A DNA stretch of 24,119 nucleotides from Crocinitomicaceae bacterium (GCA_036782275.1 DAIPZI010000001.1:1-24119); one strand, 5' to 3'. Numbered from the stretch's first letter, positions 7,101 to 16,080 are shown. Notes: a model not told the origin generated them from the sequence alone. A program made the numbers and translations.

Positions 7101-8485
7101 CCTCGATATGTATATTCGTATGAAACACCAAGTACTTCATCATTATTAAGTGGGGTATTTAGTGATATGTAACCGAGTAGAGCATTGTAGGTATAATCGC
7201 TTTGCTCTAATCGTCGTGCATTTTCTAATTTTTCGTATTCCACGGCTTGGTTAAAGGGGCCAGGAGAAGTAAATTGAGAGCTTAATACACCTACGGAATT
7301 TGCGAATCCTCTGACTAAAGGTTGATTAGAGGCCCAGGCGTAAAGTCCGTTAGATTCGTTTCTTGGTATGATATCCGTAGAATAATTTCCTGGATCTCCT
7401 TGGCAATTGGATTGTTGAGACTCACCAAGATCTGAAAATGCAATAATATTTCTCGTGTTTTCAATGCTATTGTTTCTATTGGTCACCCATACCTCAATTC
7501 TTGTAATATACATGGTTGAACTTACAACCGGAAGGGTGGACATGGCCTCATCATAATGTTGCTGATGATATAGATTTAAGAAGTAATGCCGATTTGCTTC
7601 ATAGTTGTCAGCGGTAAGCTCAAATTCTTGAACCTGTGATTTTCCACTTACGTTAATTTCATTCCTTTTTCCTTTAGAAGAAGCGGCGATTAGATCAACC
7701 GTAGCTCTTCCAAATTTAAGTTGTGTTTTGGCTCCAAATAAAGTTTGAGATCCTTGAATCAAAGACGTTGGAAGCTCTAAGGCGACATTACCTAAAGCAA
7801 TTTTTTGAAGAATCTGATCTTCATCCCCCGTATGTTCCAATTTGGAAATGTTTTCAAAATCAAATGAGGCTTGCGTATTGTATTTTGCTCCAATTTTTAG
7901 TTTTGTTCCAATCTGTCCCACAATATCCATGTTTATGTTCTGCTGGAAATCAAAACGAGTGACCCTTCTTTGTCGAAGAGGAAGTAGCGGATTGTCATAT
8001 CGAGAAGAGTTGGCTCCTAGAGAAAGTTCTATATTTCCCTGAGGTTTAATTGTTATTTTATCTGAACCGAAAAAATTCTCAAATGCTTTACTTCCTATTG
8101 TAATGGGCAATTCAAATGCTCTATTTTCCTCAGTCTCTTCTTCGATGAGTTCAACCCAGTCCTGTGACATCGATTTCTCTCTTTTGTATTCGAGATATTC
8201 TTCCAGTGTCATGGTAGATGGGTTTCTGTAATACAGCCCGCTACCTAATGATTCAGAAAAAATATAGGTTCCTGTCAAAGGGTCATAGGTGATGTTTTGA
8301 TTTAATCCTGATGGATCACCAAGATCAAACCTTTGATTGTCAATTTGAAACGGATTAACAGGATTCACAATTGGAAAAGGCAATTCAAATGGGTTGTTCT
8401 GCGAAAAGGCAGAAAAACCAATAAAAAGGAATAAAAAAATTAAACCCTTATTTAATTCAAAATGATATGTTCGCCTATTGTTCAA
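1130..8485 (-). CDS. sprA: T9SS outer-membrane translocon SprA (Sov)
   Basis: 2451 aa with an N-terminal signal peptide and a beta-barrel-type C-terminus (GFKIRFNL). It has SprA-typical segments (IKPQGNIELSLG, FELTADNYEANRHYF, DDFEAAQS, QDFRSIRFMRMFL) and the canonical position downstream of maeB-ruvA. The annotated start codon is TTG. Confidence 0.96.
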   Translation of the reverse strand: MNNRRTYHFELNKGLIFLFLFIGFSAFSQNNPFELPFPIVNPVNPFQIDNQRFDLGDPSGLNQNITYDPLTGTYIFSESLGSGLYYRNPSTMTLEEYLEYKREKSMSQDWVELIEEETEENRAFELPITIGSKAFENFFGSDKITIKPQGNIELSLGANSSRYDNPLLPLRQRRVTRFDFQQNINMDIVGQIGTKLKIGAKYNTQASFDFENISKLEHTGDEDQILQKIALGNVALELPTSLIQGSQTLFGAKTQLKFGRATVDLIAASSKGKRNEINVSGKSQVQEFELTADNYEANRHYFLNLYHQQHYDEAMSTLPVVSSTMYITRIEVWVTNRNNSIENTRNIIAFSDLGESQQSNCQGDPGNYSTDIIPRNESNGLYAWASNQPLVRGFANSVGVLSSQFTSPGPFNQAVEYEKLENARRLEQSDYTYNALLGYISLNTPLNNDEVLGVSYEYTYRGETYQIGEFSTDGSTGQDALILKLLKPTITNPNNKVWDLMMKNVYSIGAYQVDQLGFKIDVLYNNPETSVELPIMPLDGVDNKQIVTLIDMDKINQNNQPFSDGVFDFAPFNQVGNKIDNGGTINKKNGRIFFSTVEPFGKTLADKMTDAGIPQITVDKIAFHELYDSTKTAAQQIPSKNRFLFKGEYQSSITSDIPLNVMSVPEGSVSVTAGGIRLIEGVDYTVDYAFGRVKILNTGILESNTPIKISIESNSVFGFQARSMVGGRYQYRFSDKFKIGATWIRMMERPVTQKVDFGSEPFKNNVIGADLAFRAEVPFLTKLVDLLPVISTKQKSTISFTGEVAHLIPGQPRAINKEGTSYIDDFEAAQSAIDLRTVTAWRLASIPQGQPSLFPEASIKDLSTGFKRAKTSWYVIDPVFYQSNSLTPDHIKQNGGEILADSRMRLVNQVDIFPNQQLQYGSIQNIPVLDLAFYPEERGMYNYDTTNTIDSVGRFVDPENRWGGIMRGLTTNDFELANIEFIQFWVLDPFNQDAENVDTLAIHNGGDLYFNLGNISEDVLPDSRKSFENGLPGQGVSLNDNIDTTEWAKVSTQQVVVNAFDNDPASRLNQDVGLDGWTNDEEKIAFENYVNWVNSNPNLTATTKSRMIADPSNDDYNYYLDDNYDNVEADILNRYKRFNGMEGNSPTTEMSDTANANGYPTQGTNMPDIEDINQDNNLSETESYFQYKVSMRPEDLQEGKNYITNKQIYENGNKTETWYQFKVPIADFEKKVNGIQDFRSIRFMRMFLKEFDEEVVLRFARLELIRGEWRRFNEDLSQPGLSIQQDPNLTTFNIGAVNVEENDQRSPVKYEIPPGILREVDPSQVYQRQMNEQSLVLDICNLQDGDARAAYRNVQFDVRTYQKLKMFAHAEEVIPNTLKNKDVTMFIRLGTDFVDNYYEYELPLDVTPWGSTTPEEIWPENNNIEIVFDDFIQLKKDRNQDIEEGANGISYIVEYSKTDPKNANRRIKVKGSPNLQGLKTIMVGVRNPLKNDPNNIWQPDDGESECIIAWINELRLTDFVSEGGSAAVGQVQVKLADFANINASGNYSGINWGSVDSRVQDRQRNEQIGFDFNSSIQLGQFFGKQARVSLPFFYGYSLGIINPEYDPFNPDIKLSDYEPAKRKERAALGQDFNERKSFNFANVRKEAKAGSKNHFWKISNWAASYAYAENLQRDFNTKKDLTKTWTGALNYNYTFKGKPFQPFKKWKPVQKSKYLKLIKDFNLFLMPKNISFTNDYSRIYNERQVRNNLVPDYEFEPIFLKRFDWNRNYQIGYDITRNLKTSFSASNKSIFEEGNNSVDRINNPDGYREFLDTIRSQMSTLGKTMEYGHNYSINYKIPFDKFPLTNWISANVKYTGSYNWARAPLGQSEFGNTIQNNRSINTTAQANFVNLYNKVPFFKKVLADGRGSRGRINPRNGPGSRSNGESEEEAGENTDKEKWEWIKVDDLEPDKPLDSMNRDQLKAYKKKNRTYKKKTRKELRAKRKVPKIAGFFARLIMTVRNISGTYSLNDGTILPGYGEETRFLGMNSSTTQLSGFIFGQQGYDVFGRKNNYSVSNLATQNSWLVQNENLNTQYGITHSNNLTMRATLEPLKDVNIDLNLNRNYSRNSGEFYRWNDATSQFEGQSQFETATLTYSTITWGTAFTKEGADYQSEVFQNLLDNRTQVSQIVGQDNSNSSLISSNGFYSGYSGSQQDVVLGSFMTAYNNSRINSKNIDPLQNTPLPNWSINYSGLTKYKFTKKFLKSFIVRHGYSSSVSVNGMQTNLNGTQDQNGNLNNLDIDNNYIPEMQIQNVVLSERFSPLIGIDANWKILGHTLQTRFEYKKDRQSTLALSNNQVTESLSEEIVIGTAARIKDVKLPFKNIKPSDVNIKFDFSFRDNLTVIRKIVENTNQATAGQKTMSIKISADYNLTNNLTLMFYYDQNLNTPKVQTSYPTGNVNTGFKIRFNLAGVQ

Positions 8486-8486
8486 T

Positions 8487-9062
8487 TTACAGTTGCTTCA
8501 ACGCCTCTTTGATCAATTCTTCAACCGATTTATCATCAGAAGTAAACTTATTTAAAGTCTTTTCTGCTGCTTTCTTGTCAAAGCCCAAAGAAACTAAAGC
8601 ATTTAACGCATCAAACTTGTTTGTATTGTTTGTGCTTAAGATATTTTCATCATCAGAGCTGAATCCAACAACTTTTCCTTTTAAATCAATGATAACACGT
8701 TGTGCTGTTTTGGCTCCAATGCCTTTAACGCTTTGAATCGTAGCAACGTCATCGGACTGAATAGCGTGAGCCACTTCAGAAGGGATTAAAGAGGATAGCA
8801 TGATCATGGCAGTATTCGGTCCAATTCCAGAAACACTGATAAGTAAATTAAACATATCGCGCTCCTCTTTTGAAAAGAAACCGTAAAGTATTTGAGCATC
8901 TTCACGCACGATTAATTTGGTGTAAACCTTTATGGCCTCACTGTCGCCTAATGCGCTGAAAGTATTTAATGAAATTTTGATTTCGTAGCCCACTCCATTA
9001 CAGTCAATGATGAGATTGGTTGGGTTTTTTTCAATGAGTTTACCGTTTATTTGTGCAATCAT
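8487..9062 (-). CDS. ruvA: Holliday junction branch migration protein RuvA
   Basis: 191 aa. It has MIAQING..CNGVGYEI, the HhH motifs VSGIGP and VKGIGAKTAQR, and the C-terminal ALVSLGF...EELIKEALK. Confidence 0.97.
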   Translation of the reverse strand: MIAQINGKLIEKNPTNLIIDCNGVGYEIKISLNTFSALGDSEAIKVYTKLIVREDAQILYGFFSKEERDMFNLLISVSGIGPNTAMIMLSSLIPSEVAHAIQSDDVATIQSVKGIGAKTAQRVIIDLKGKVVGFSSDDENILSTNNTNKFDALNALVSLGFDKKAAEKTLNKFTSDDKSVEELIKEALKQL

Positions 9063-11329
9063 TATTTTTTGTTTTGAGACTGAATAGCAGCGATTTTCAC
9101 CATGTTATTAATTTCTCGGACACTTGCTCCAAGTTGCATAACATGGATGGATTTGTTCAAACCAATAAGTATGGGTCCAATCGCATCTCCATCCGTCATT
9201 TGTTGTAATAGTTTGTAGGATATATTTCCTGAAGATAGATTCGGGAAGATCAATGTGTTGACTTGTTTGTTTGCCAATTGAGAAAATGAAAACTTATCAT
9301 TCATTAGTTCGGAGTCCAAAGCGAAATTGGCCTGAACTTCACCATCCACAACAATATTAGGGTGGTTTTCGTGAAGCAATTGAACGGCTTTCGACATCTT
9401 ATCTGCATCTTCCCCTGGGGAGGATCCAAAGTTAGAATAGCTCAAGAGTGCGATTTTAGGAACGATATTGAATTTCCGAATGGTTTTTGCCACATTGACC
9501 GTAATCTCGGCAATTTCTTCAGCGTTCGGATTTAAATTAATTGTAGTGTCAGCAAGAAATAAAGGACCTCTTTTTGTGTTCAAAATGTACATTCCAGAAA
9601 CTACGTTTACATCTTTTTGGAGTCCAACGCACTGAATAGCAGGTTTGATACATGTTCTGTATCCTCTTGTGACACCAGTAATCATCGCGTCTGCATCACC
9701 CTGATCAACCATCATTGAGCCATAATAATTGCGCTCCCTCATGATCTGAATCGCTTCATATTCGGTAAACCCTTTACGTTTTCGATTTTCGAAGAATACT
9801 TTTCCGTAGCTATTCCGTTTTTCTATTTGGTCGTCCGATTTCGGGTCAATAATTTCAAGACCCGGAAGTTCAATAGCATATTCTTCCATTAAGTTTTCGA
9901 TAATGTTCTTTTTCCCGAGTAGTATAGGAATGGCAACACCTTCTTCCAGGGCCATTTGTGCAGCCCGAAGAACTTTTACATTATCTGCTTCTACAAAGAC
10001 GACCTTTTTAACATTGTTTTGAGCTTTAATTGTAATGTTTCTTAACAGTTTATTATCTAAACCAAGCCTCTTTTTTAATTGATGATCATATTGTTCCCAG
10101 TCTTTGATAGGGTTTTTGGCTACACCAGAGTCAATAGCTGCCTTGGCAACTGCTGGTGCAACAGAATAAATTAGTCTTGGGTCAAGTGGTTTTGGGATAA
10201 TTTGGTCTTTCCCAAAAGAAATATTGGATCCCCCATAGGCTTCAATTACTTCTTCAGGTATGGTTTCTTTGGCTAGAGCAGCAATAGCATGAACAGCAGC
10301 AAGCTTCATTGCCTCATTAATGGTGGTTGCTCTGACATCTAAAGCACCACGAAAAATAAATGGAAACCCGAGAACATTATTCACCTGATTAGGATGGTCA
10401 GATCGTCCTGTTGCCATTATAATATCTTTTCGAACTGAGGTAGCTTGCTTATATGATATTTCAGGCTCAGGATTGGCTAATGCAAATACAATAGGGTTTT
10501 TACTCATTTTAGCAATCATGTCTTTGGAGACAAGGTCAGCTCTAGATAAACCGAGAAAAACATCTGCCTTTTTGAATGCGTTTTCGAATTCAATACTCTT
10601 TTCATGAACAGCGAATTGTTTTTTCATGGTATCTAAACTCGTTCTGCTTTTACAAAGCAGCCCTTTTGAATCAAACATAAAAATATTCTCAAGTTTGACG
10701 CCTAAAGAATGATAAAGCTGCGCACAAGATAGCGCAGAGGCGCCTGCACCTGATACCACAACTTTAATTTTTTCAATTTTTTTATTGGCAATCTCCAATG
10801 CATTTAGAAGTGCTGCTGAAGATATAATGGCTGTACCATGCTGATCATCATGCATGATTGGAATGTTCAGCTCTTCTTTTAATCTTTTTTCAATTTCAAA
10901 GGCTTCAGGCGCTTTAATGTCCTCAAGATTTATTCCTCCAAAAGTTGGTGCAATGGCTTTGACTGTCTGAATAAAAAGTTCAGGGTCTTTTGCATTGATT
11001 TCGATATCGAAAACATCAATATCTGCGAATATTTTAAATAACAATCCTTTACCTTCCATGACGGGTTTTGAAGCTTCAGGACCAATGTCGCCGAGGCCCA
11101 GCACAGCTGTTCCATTGGATATTACTGCCACAAGGTTTGATTTACTTGTGTACTTGTATACATCATCAATGTTTTCTGCTATTTTTAAACAGGGTTCAGC
11201 TACGCCAGGAGAATAGGCCAGCGATAAATCTCTCTGAGTGGCATAAGGCTTCGTTGGGATAACCTCTATTTTTCCGGGTTTGCCCCCTGAATGATAATCT
11301 AGGGCATCTTGCTTTCTGACTTTAGACAT
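9062..11329 (-). CDS. maeB: NADP-dependent malic enzyme with C-terminal phosphotransacetylase-like domain
   Basis: 755 aa. It has [58 protein letters not shown] and a PTA-like C-terminal domain. 1-nt stop/start overlap with ruvA. Confidence 0.97.
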   Translation of the reverse strand: MSKVRKQDALDYHSGGKPGKIEVIPTKPYATQRDLSLAYSPGVAEPCLKIAENIDDVYKYTSKSNLVAVISNGTAVLGLGDIGPEASKPVMEGKGLLFKIFADIDVFDIEINAKDPELFIQTVKAIAPTFGGINLEDIKAPEAFEIEKRLKEELNIPIMHDDQHGTAIISSAALLNALEIANKKIEKIKVVVSGAGASALSCAQLYHSLGVKLENIFMFDSKGLLCKSRTSLDTMKKQFAVHEKSIEFENAFKKADVFLGLSRADLVSKDMIAKMSKNPIVFALANPEPEISYKQATSVRKDIIMATGRSDHPNQVNNVLGFPFIFRGALDVRATTINEAMKLAAVHAIAALAKETIPEEVIEAYGGSNISFGKDQIIPKPLDPRLIYSVAPAVAKAAIDSGVAKNPIKDWEQYDHQLKKRLGLDNKLLRNITIKAQNNVKKVVFVEADNVKVLRAAQMALEEGVAIPILLGKKNIIENLMEEYAIELPGLEIIDPKSDDQIEKRNSYGKVFFENRKRKGFTEYEAIQIMRERNYYGSMMVDQGDADAMITGVTRGYRTCIKPAIQCVGLQKDVNVVSGMYILNTKRGPLFLADTTINLNPNAEEIAEITVNVAKTIRKFNIVPKIALLSYSNFGSSPGEDADKMSKAVQLLHENHPNIVVDGEVQANFALDSELMNDKFSFSQLANKQVNTLIFPNLSSGNISYKLLQQMTDGDAIGPILIGLNKSIHVMQLGASVREINNMVKIAAIQSQNKK

Positions 11330-11348
11330 GATAAGTTGTTAAGGGCAA

Positions 11349-11381
11349 CAAAGATAACAAATACAAGGAGTCTAGCACCAA
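11349..11381 (-). promoter_or_regulatory. Bacteroidota housekeeping-sigma promoter for maeB-ruvA-sprA-GNAT
   Basis: Minus strand has TATCTTTG (11349-11356), a perfect TAnnTTTG -7 box, 19 nt upstream of the maeB ATG. TTGG (11378-11381) lies 21 nt further upstream as a possible -33 box. Confidence 0.65.
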
Positions 11382-11420
11382 TATGGAGTGCTTAAGGTGA
11401 TTCTTTTAGAATCAGTTAAA

Positions 11421-12650
11421 TTAAATGTTTGGAAACATGGTAGATGGGTCTTCTTGTGCAAACAACATTTGCTCAGGATTTTCCAATAACTCCTTAACAT
11501 TTACCAAAAACCCAACAGATTCTTTCCCGTCGATAATTCTATGATCGTAAGACAGAGCTACATACATTATAGGTCTAATTTCAACCTTTCCATCAATAGC
11601 AACAGGTCTTTCAACAATATTATGCATCCCCAATATTGCTGACTGGGGAGGGTTGATGATCGGAGTGGAGAGCATTGATCCAAAGACACCGCCATTGGTG
11701 ATGGTGAAGGTTCCTCCAGTCATTTCATCAGGGGTTATTTTTCCGTCTCTTGCTTTGATGGCCAATCTTTTGATGTCTGCTTCAATTTCGTGAAGCTCCA
11801 TTTTCTCTGCATTTCTTACAACAGGAACCATGAGTCCTTTTGGAGATGAAACAGCTATTCCGATATCTGCATATTCATGTAAAATGATTTCTTTGTCTCC
11901 TATTTGTGCATTTACTGTTGGAACTAATTTTAAGGATTCGGTTACCGCTTTGGTGAAAAAGGACATGAATCCAAGATTGACTCCAAATTTTTCAGCAAAG
12001 GCCTCTTTGTATTTTTTTCTTAAGTCCATGATTGGTTTCATATCAACTTCGTTAAAAGTTGTAAGCATGGCCGTTTCATTCTTGACAGCAACCAAACGCT
12101 GAGCAATTTTTCGTCTCAGCATCGACATTTTTTCTCTAGAGGTTTTTCTTCCTTCCGGCTCATAGCCACCACCTCCTGAGCTTGCTGTATTGATTACATC
12201 TTGTTTCGTAATTCTGCCATCTCTACCTGTTCCATGAACGTCTTCTGAATCAAGACCCTTTTCATTCATTAATTTAGATGCAGCAGGAGAAGGATGTCCT
12301 GTGGCATAGGTTTTTTTGCCTTCAGACTGAAGATTTGGTGCTGATGGAGTATCATTTTCAGATACAGGGTGATCAACCTTTTTTACTTCAGGAGCATCTT
12401 TAGGTTTTTCTGCGCTGGTATCAATTGTGCAAACCACTTGACCTACTTGAACAACATCTCCTTCTTCGGCTTTAAATGAGATTACACCACTTTCTTCCGC
12501 AGGGAGCTCTAGTGTTGCTTTGTCTGAGTCTACTTCGGCAATCGCTTGGTCTTTATACACATAGTCACCTTCATTAACAAGCCATGCTGCGATTTCCACT
12601 TCAGAAATTGATTCTCCTGGACTAGGAACCTTCATTTGTAACAAACCCAT
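11421..12650 (-). CDS. sucB: 2-oxoglutarate dehydrogenase E2, dihydrolipoyllysine succinyltransferase
   Basis: 409 aa. It has the lipoyl domain ([13 protein letters not shown]), the E3-binding domain ([13 protein letters not shown]) and the catalytic [10 protein letters not shown]. It lies next to sucA. Confidence 0.97.
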   Translation of the reverse strand: MGLLQMKVPSPGESISEVEIAAWLVNEGDYVYKDQAIAEVDSDKATLELPAEESGVISFKAEEGDVVQVGQVVCTIDTSAEKPKDAPEVKKVDHPVSENDTPSAPNLQSEGKKTYATGHPSPAASKLMNEKGLDSEDVHGTGRDGRITKQDVINTASSGGGGYEPEGRKTSREKMSMLRRKIAQRLVAVKNETAMLTTFNEVDMKPIMDLRKKYKEAFAEKFGVNLGFMSFFTKAVTESLKLVPTVNAQIGDKEIILHEYADIGIAVSSPKGLMVPVVRNAEKMELHEIEADIKRLAIKARDGKITPDEMTGGTFTITNGGVFGSMLSTPIINPPQSAILGMHNIVERPVAIDGKVEIRPIMYVALSYDHRIIDGKESVGFLVNVKELLENPEQMLFAQEDPSTMFPNI

Positions 12651-12661
12651 ATCCTAATTAT

Positions 12662-15385
12662 TTATTTTTTAGTTGTTTTAGCGAATGAAAAAATTTCTTC
12701 AAATAAAATTTCCAATCGTTTTTCATGCAGATTTTTTGATCCCTCAGCTGAAGCTGCACTAGCAGGTCTGCATATTCCTTTTATATTTTCATCTCGAAGC
12801 TGCATGGCAACATGTGTCCATGCGCCCATATTTGCAGGTTCTTCTTGTGCCCAAATAAGATTTTTCGCATTGTACTTGTCTCGAATTTTATTTAGCTGAT
12901 TTTCTGGCCAAGGATACAGCTGTTCCATACGAACGAAAGCCATGTTTTTAACATTTAAATCTTTCGCTTTTTGTTTCATTTCATAATAGATTTTACCTGA
13001 ACATAAAACCAGGCTGTCTATTTCATTTGCATTCGCCTCCGCATCATCAATAATTTCAGAAAATCCGCCTTTTGACATTTCCTCAATTGTCGATACAGCC
13101 ATAGGGTGACGAAGAAGAACTTTTGGCGTGAAAACGACCAACGGCTTTCTAAATTCTCTTTTTAATTGTCTACGCAACAGGTGAAAATAGTTGGCTGGTG
13201 ATGAGGCATTTACAACTTGCATGTTTTGGTCGGCACATTGTTGTAGAAATCGTTCCATTCTCCCGCTTGAATGTTCTGCTCCTTGCCCTTCATATCCATG
13301 AGGTAAAAGGAGGACCAAACCAGTTGGTGTTGCCCATTTATCCTCTCCCGCAGAAATAAACTGATCGATAACGATTTGAGCACCATTAAAAAAGTCTCCG
13401 AATTGAGCCTCCCAAATGGTAAGGTCATTAGGAGTGGCAAGAGAGTAACCGTATTCAAATCCCAAAACCCCGTATTCACTTAAAAGAGAATTGTAGATTG
13501 AAAAATCTGCTTGCTCTTTTGATAATAAATTCAAAGTTTCGATTTGGTCTTCATTATCTTCTGTAATAACTACAGCATGTCGGTGAGAAAAGGTTCCTCG
13601 CTCTACATCTTGACCTGAAATTCTTACGGCATGTCCTTCCACCAAAAGCGACGCATAGGCCAACATTTCTGCGCAACCCCAATCCAACGAGTTTTTTTCA
13701 AAAGAATTGAGTCGATCGTTAAATATTTTATTGATTTTTCTGAAGTATTTATTGCCTTCAGGAAGTGTAGAAAGTTTTTTGCCCAGTGATTTTAAGGATT
13801 CTAAATTAACTCCTGTTTCTGGAGAATTATCGAAATCTCTGATGTTTCCATAACGATAGTCTTTCCACGTTTGGCTTAAAAACTCATGCACTAAGGCTTT
13901 TTCAGTCTGTCGTGACAATGCGAATTCGTCTTCTAAAAATTGAGCGTATTCACTTTCTATTTCAGTGGCCCTACTTTTTTCTAATAGACCTGAATTATTA
14001 AGATCTCCAAAATAAATTTCTTTTGGGTTAGGGTGCTTTCCTATTAAGCTGTATAGCTTAGGTTGTGTAAATTTAGGCTCATCTCCCTCGTTGTGACCAT
14101 ATTTTCGATAGCACAGAAGATCGATAAAAATGTCACGATGAAAAAGTTGGCGATACTCCATGGCAATTTCAACGGCCGTAACAACGGCTTCAATGTCATC
14201 CCCATTTACATGAAATACCGGAGAAAGTGTTGTTTTTGCAACATCTGTACAATAGGTCGAGGACCTCCCGTCTAAATAATTTGTTGTAAATCCAACTTGG
14301 TTGTTCACTATAATGTGAATTGTTCCGCCGGTTCTATACCCATCCAATTGTGCCATTTGAATCGTCTCATATGCAATTCCTTGGCCAGCAATTGCCGCAT
14401 CACCATGTATAAGTACGGGGCAAACAAGTCCCTCATCTTTTAATTCATGATCAATCTTGGCTCTTGCAATTCCTTCTACGACGGTGTTCACGGCTTCAAG
14501 ATGAGAAGGGTTTGGAGCAAGAGTCATTCCTACTTTTTCCCCACTGTCTAATGTAACTTCCGAAGTAAAGCCTTGATGGTATTTCACATCTCCATCAAAT
14601 GTTGTTTCAAAGTCAAATTCCTTTCCTTCAAACTCTGAAAATATATCCTTTGGTCTCTTTTTAAAAATATTGGTAAGTGTGTTCAATCTACCTCTATGAG
14701 CCATCCCCATGACAAAGTCTTTTACTCCAAGTTCAGCCCCTTTAGACACGAGCACATCTAAAGCCGGAATTAAAGATTCACCTCCTTCAATTGAAAACCT
14801 TTTTTGTCCAACGAATTTTTTTCCAAGAAATGATTCAAATCCATGGGCTTTAACGAGCATATTAAAAAGCTTGAGCTTTCTAGCCTCATTAAAAGTGGGG
14901 CGATTTTTTATCTCTATTTTATTTCTGAACCACTCAAGCCTATCTGGTCCACGCATGTACATGAACTCAATTCCAATCGATTGACAATAGGTAAGCTCTA
15001 AATGATCAATAATTTCTTGTAGTGTTGCTGGGCCTATGTTTACTTGTTCTCCCGCTTGAAAAGTGGTTTTTAGGTCTTCTTTGGTTAATCCAAAGTTTTC
15101 AATATTCAAGTCAGGAGCGTATTTCCTTCTTTCCCTTACTGGATTTGTTTTTGTGAATAGGTGTCCTCTCGAACGGTAACCATTAATAAGATTAATGATT
15201 TTGAATTCTTTTTGAAAATTTTCAGGAATATCTCCAGATTCTTCATAATTAATGTGAGCGAACTCGAATCCTTCAAAGAACTTTTTCCAGCCCAAATCAA
15301 CGCTGTCAGGATCTTTTTGATATTCTTTATATAAATAATCTATGGCACTTGGATCGGCATTGCCGATATATGATAATTCATCCAT
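12662..15385 (-). CDS. sucA: 2-oxoglutarate dehydrogenase E1
   Basis: It has GQKRFSIEGGES, GMAHRGRLN, GDVKYHQG, the TPP motif HGDAAIAGQG...NNQVGFTT and WEAQFGDF. I moved the start from the track's TTG (15412) to the ATG at 15385 because that TTG is part of a -7 promoter box. Confidence 0.96.
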   Translation of the reverse strand: MDELSYIGNADPSAIDYLYKEYQKDPDSVDLGWKKFFEGFEFAHINYEESGDIPENFQKEFKIINLINGYRSRGHLFTKTNPVRERRKYAPDLNIENFGLTKEDLKTTFQAGEQVNIGPATLQEIIDHLELTYCQSIGIEFMYMRGPDRLEWFRNKIEIKNRPTFNEARKLKLFNMLVKAHGFESFLGKKFVGQKRFSIEGGESLIPALDVLVSKGAELGVKDFVMGMAHRGRLNTLTNIFKKRPKDIFSEFEGKEFDFETTFDGDVKYHQGFTSEVTLDSGEKVGMTLAPNPSHLEAVNTVVEGIARAKIDHELKDEGLVCPVLIHGDAAIAGQGIAYETIQMAQLDGYRTGGTIHIIVNNQVGFTTNYLDGRSSTYCTDVAKTTLSPVFHVNGDDIEAVVTAVEIAMEYRQLFHRDIFIDLLCYRKYGHNEGDEPKFTQPKLYSLIGKHPNPKEIYFGDLNNSGLLEKSRATEIESEYAQFLEDEFALSRQTEKALVHEFLSQTWKDYRYGNIRDFDNSPETGVNLESLKSLGKKLSTLPEGNKYFRKINKIFNDRLNSFEKNSLDWGCAEMLAYASLLVEGHAVRISGQDVERGTFSHRHAVVITEDNEDQIETLNLLSKEQADFSIYNSLLSEYGVLGFEYGYSLATPNDLTIWEAQFGDFFNGAQIVIDQFISAGEDKWATPTGLVLLLPHGYEGQGAEHSSGRMERFLQQCADQNMQVVNASSPANYFHLLRRQLKREFRKPLVVFTPKVLLRHPMAVSTIEEMSKGGFSEIIDDAEANANEIDSLVLCSGKIYYEMKQKAKDLNVKNMAFVRMEQLYPWPENQLNKIRDKYNAKNLIWAQEEPANMGAWTHVAMQLRDENIKGICRPASAASAEGSKNLHEKRLEILFEEIFSFAKTTKK

Positions 15386-15409
15386 CAAATCAGAATAATA
15401 ACTGTGGAA

Positions 15410-15417
15410 CAAAGGTA
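15410..15417 (-). promoter_or_regulatory. -7 promoter box for sucA-sucB
   Basis: Minus strand TACCTTTG matches TAnnTTTG, 24 nt upstream of the ATG at 15385. No clear TTTG -33 box. Confidence 0.6.
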
Positions 15418-15542
15418 TTAATTTACTGCTTTTAAATGGCCATTGATTCGCAATATTTTGCTTTAAGGAATGTATAGTGGGTAATCAGTCAATTAAAAAG
15501 ACGATTAAATCTTGAGTCAAGTCAATAAATTGTTGGAGTATT

Positions 15543-15878
15543 TTATTTCTGTTCAGTATTGTTGACCGCTAATAGAACCATGTTCTCTACTTTGAACTCT
15601 CTAATTTCTTTTATTTCACCTTCTGTTTTGAGGATGAGAAAGTAATTTCCGTCAATCAAATTATTTAAATGGATTTGCATCGATCCTTCCGTCATAATCG
15701 ATGGAATCATGATATTGTATTCAGATCTTAATTCAATCTCATCAATATGAGTATCATCCCATGAAATGGTAAGGCTCTTTGCAACCGCAGATTCTACAGG
15801 GTCTGTAGATGTTGAACTAATATTGTCATTTAATGGGCTAGCTAAAAGCGATAGGGCTAAAATGAATGGAGCAGTCAT
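15543..15878 (-). CDS. Small exported protein; C-terminal half resembles a T9SS CTD or DUF3244-type Ig-like fold
   Basis: 111 aa with a hydrophobic N-terminus (FILALSLLA). The C-terminal IHLNNLIDGNYFLILKTEGEIKEIREFKVE follows the LxxLxxGxYxLxIxxxxG...F pattern. A-rich start context and an upstream CATCTTTG box. Confidence 0.7.
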   Translation of the reverse strand: MTAPFILALSLLASPLNDNISSTSTDPVESAVAKSLTISWDDTHIDEIELRSEYNIMIPSIMTEGSMQIHLNNLIDGNYFLILKTEGEIKEIREFKVENMVLLAVNNTEQK

Positions 15879-15907
15879 GGTAATGTGTTTTCGTTGTTTG
15901 TATGTTT

Positions 15908-15915
15908 CAAAGATG
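15908..15915 (-). promoter_or_regulatory. Probable -7 box for the 111-aa gene
   Basis: Minus strand CATCTTTG, one mismatch from TAnnTTTG, 29 nt upstream of the ATG. Confidence 0.45.
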
Positions 15916-15995
15916 CGCGTCTTTTTTAGATTTTCTGATCCTTTATCAGGAGTACATGCGAAATTACATGATGCCTACGAGAAGGGACTGCGTAT

Positions 15996-16025
15996 AAACA
16001 CGTAGTTGAGATATGAAAACACGTA
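15996..16025. promoter_or_regulatory. Perfect 9-bp direct repeat AAACACGTA-N12-AAACACGTA, possible regulator site
   Basis: Copies at 15996-16004 and 16017-16025 with a 21-bp period (two helical turns), in an intergenic region. Confidence 0.45.
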
Positions 16026-16035
16026 CTTCGTAAAC

Positions 16036-16060
16036 AAAAAAAAGGGCCGAGAGGCCCTTT
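16036..16060 (-). terminator. Intrinsic terminator of the protease gene
   Basis: Minus strand AAAGGGCC-TCTC-GGCCC followed by T8, about 20 nt after the stop codon. Confidence 0.88.
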
Positions 16061-16080
16061 TCTATGTGTTTACAAATGAA

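Noticed and set aside
1317..8736. Short opposite-strand ORFs inside sprA and ruvA (for example 1317-1619, 4964-5266, 8467-8736)
   Set aside because: They are shadows of long conserved genes and have no recognisable domains.
11363..11414. Hairpins TGATTCT-ttt-AGAATCA (11398-11414) and AGCAC...GTGCT (11374-11392) as a sucAB terminator
   Set aside because: The stems are short or weak and have no adjacent U-tract on the minus strand, so they are not called as a terminator. Read-through into maeB is possible.
10930..14984. Alternative-frame and antisense ORFs inside maeB, sucB and sucA
   Set aside because: They lie wholly within confident housekeeping genes and have no motifs.
15386..15412. N-terminal extension of SucA from the TTG at 15412
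   Set aside because: The TTG lies within the TACCTTTG -7 promoter box and so would not be in the transcript.
15766..16005. 79-aa plus-strand ORF
   Set aside because: It is antisense to the 111-aa gene and its promoter region, and has no protein-like features.
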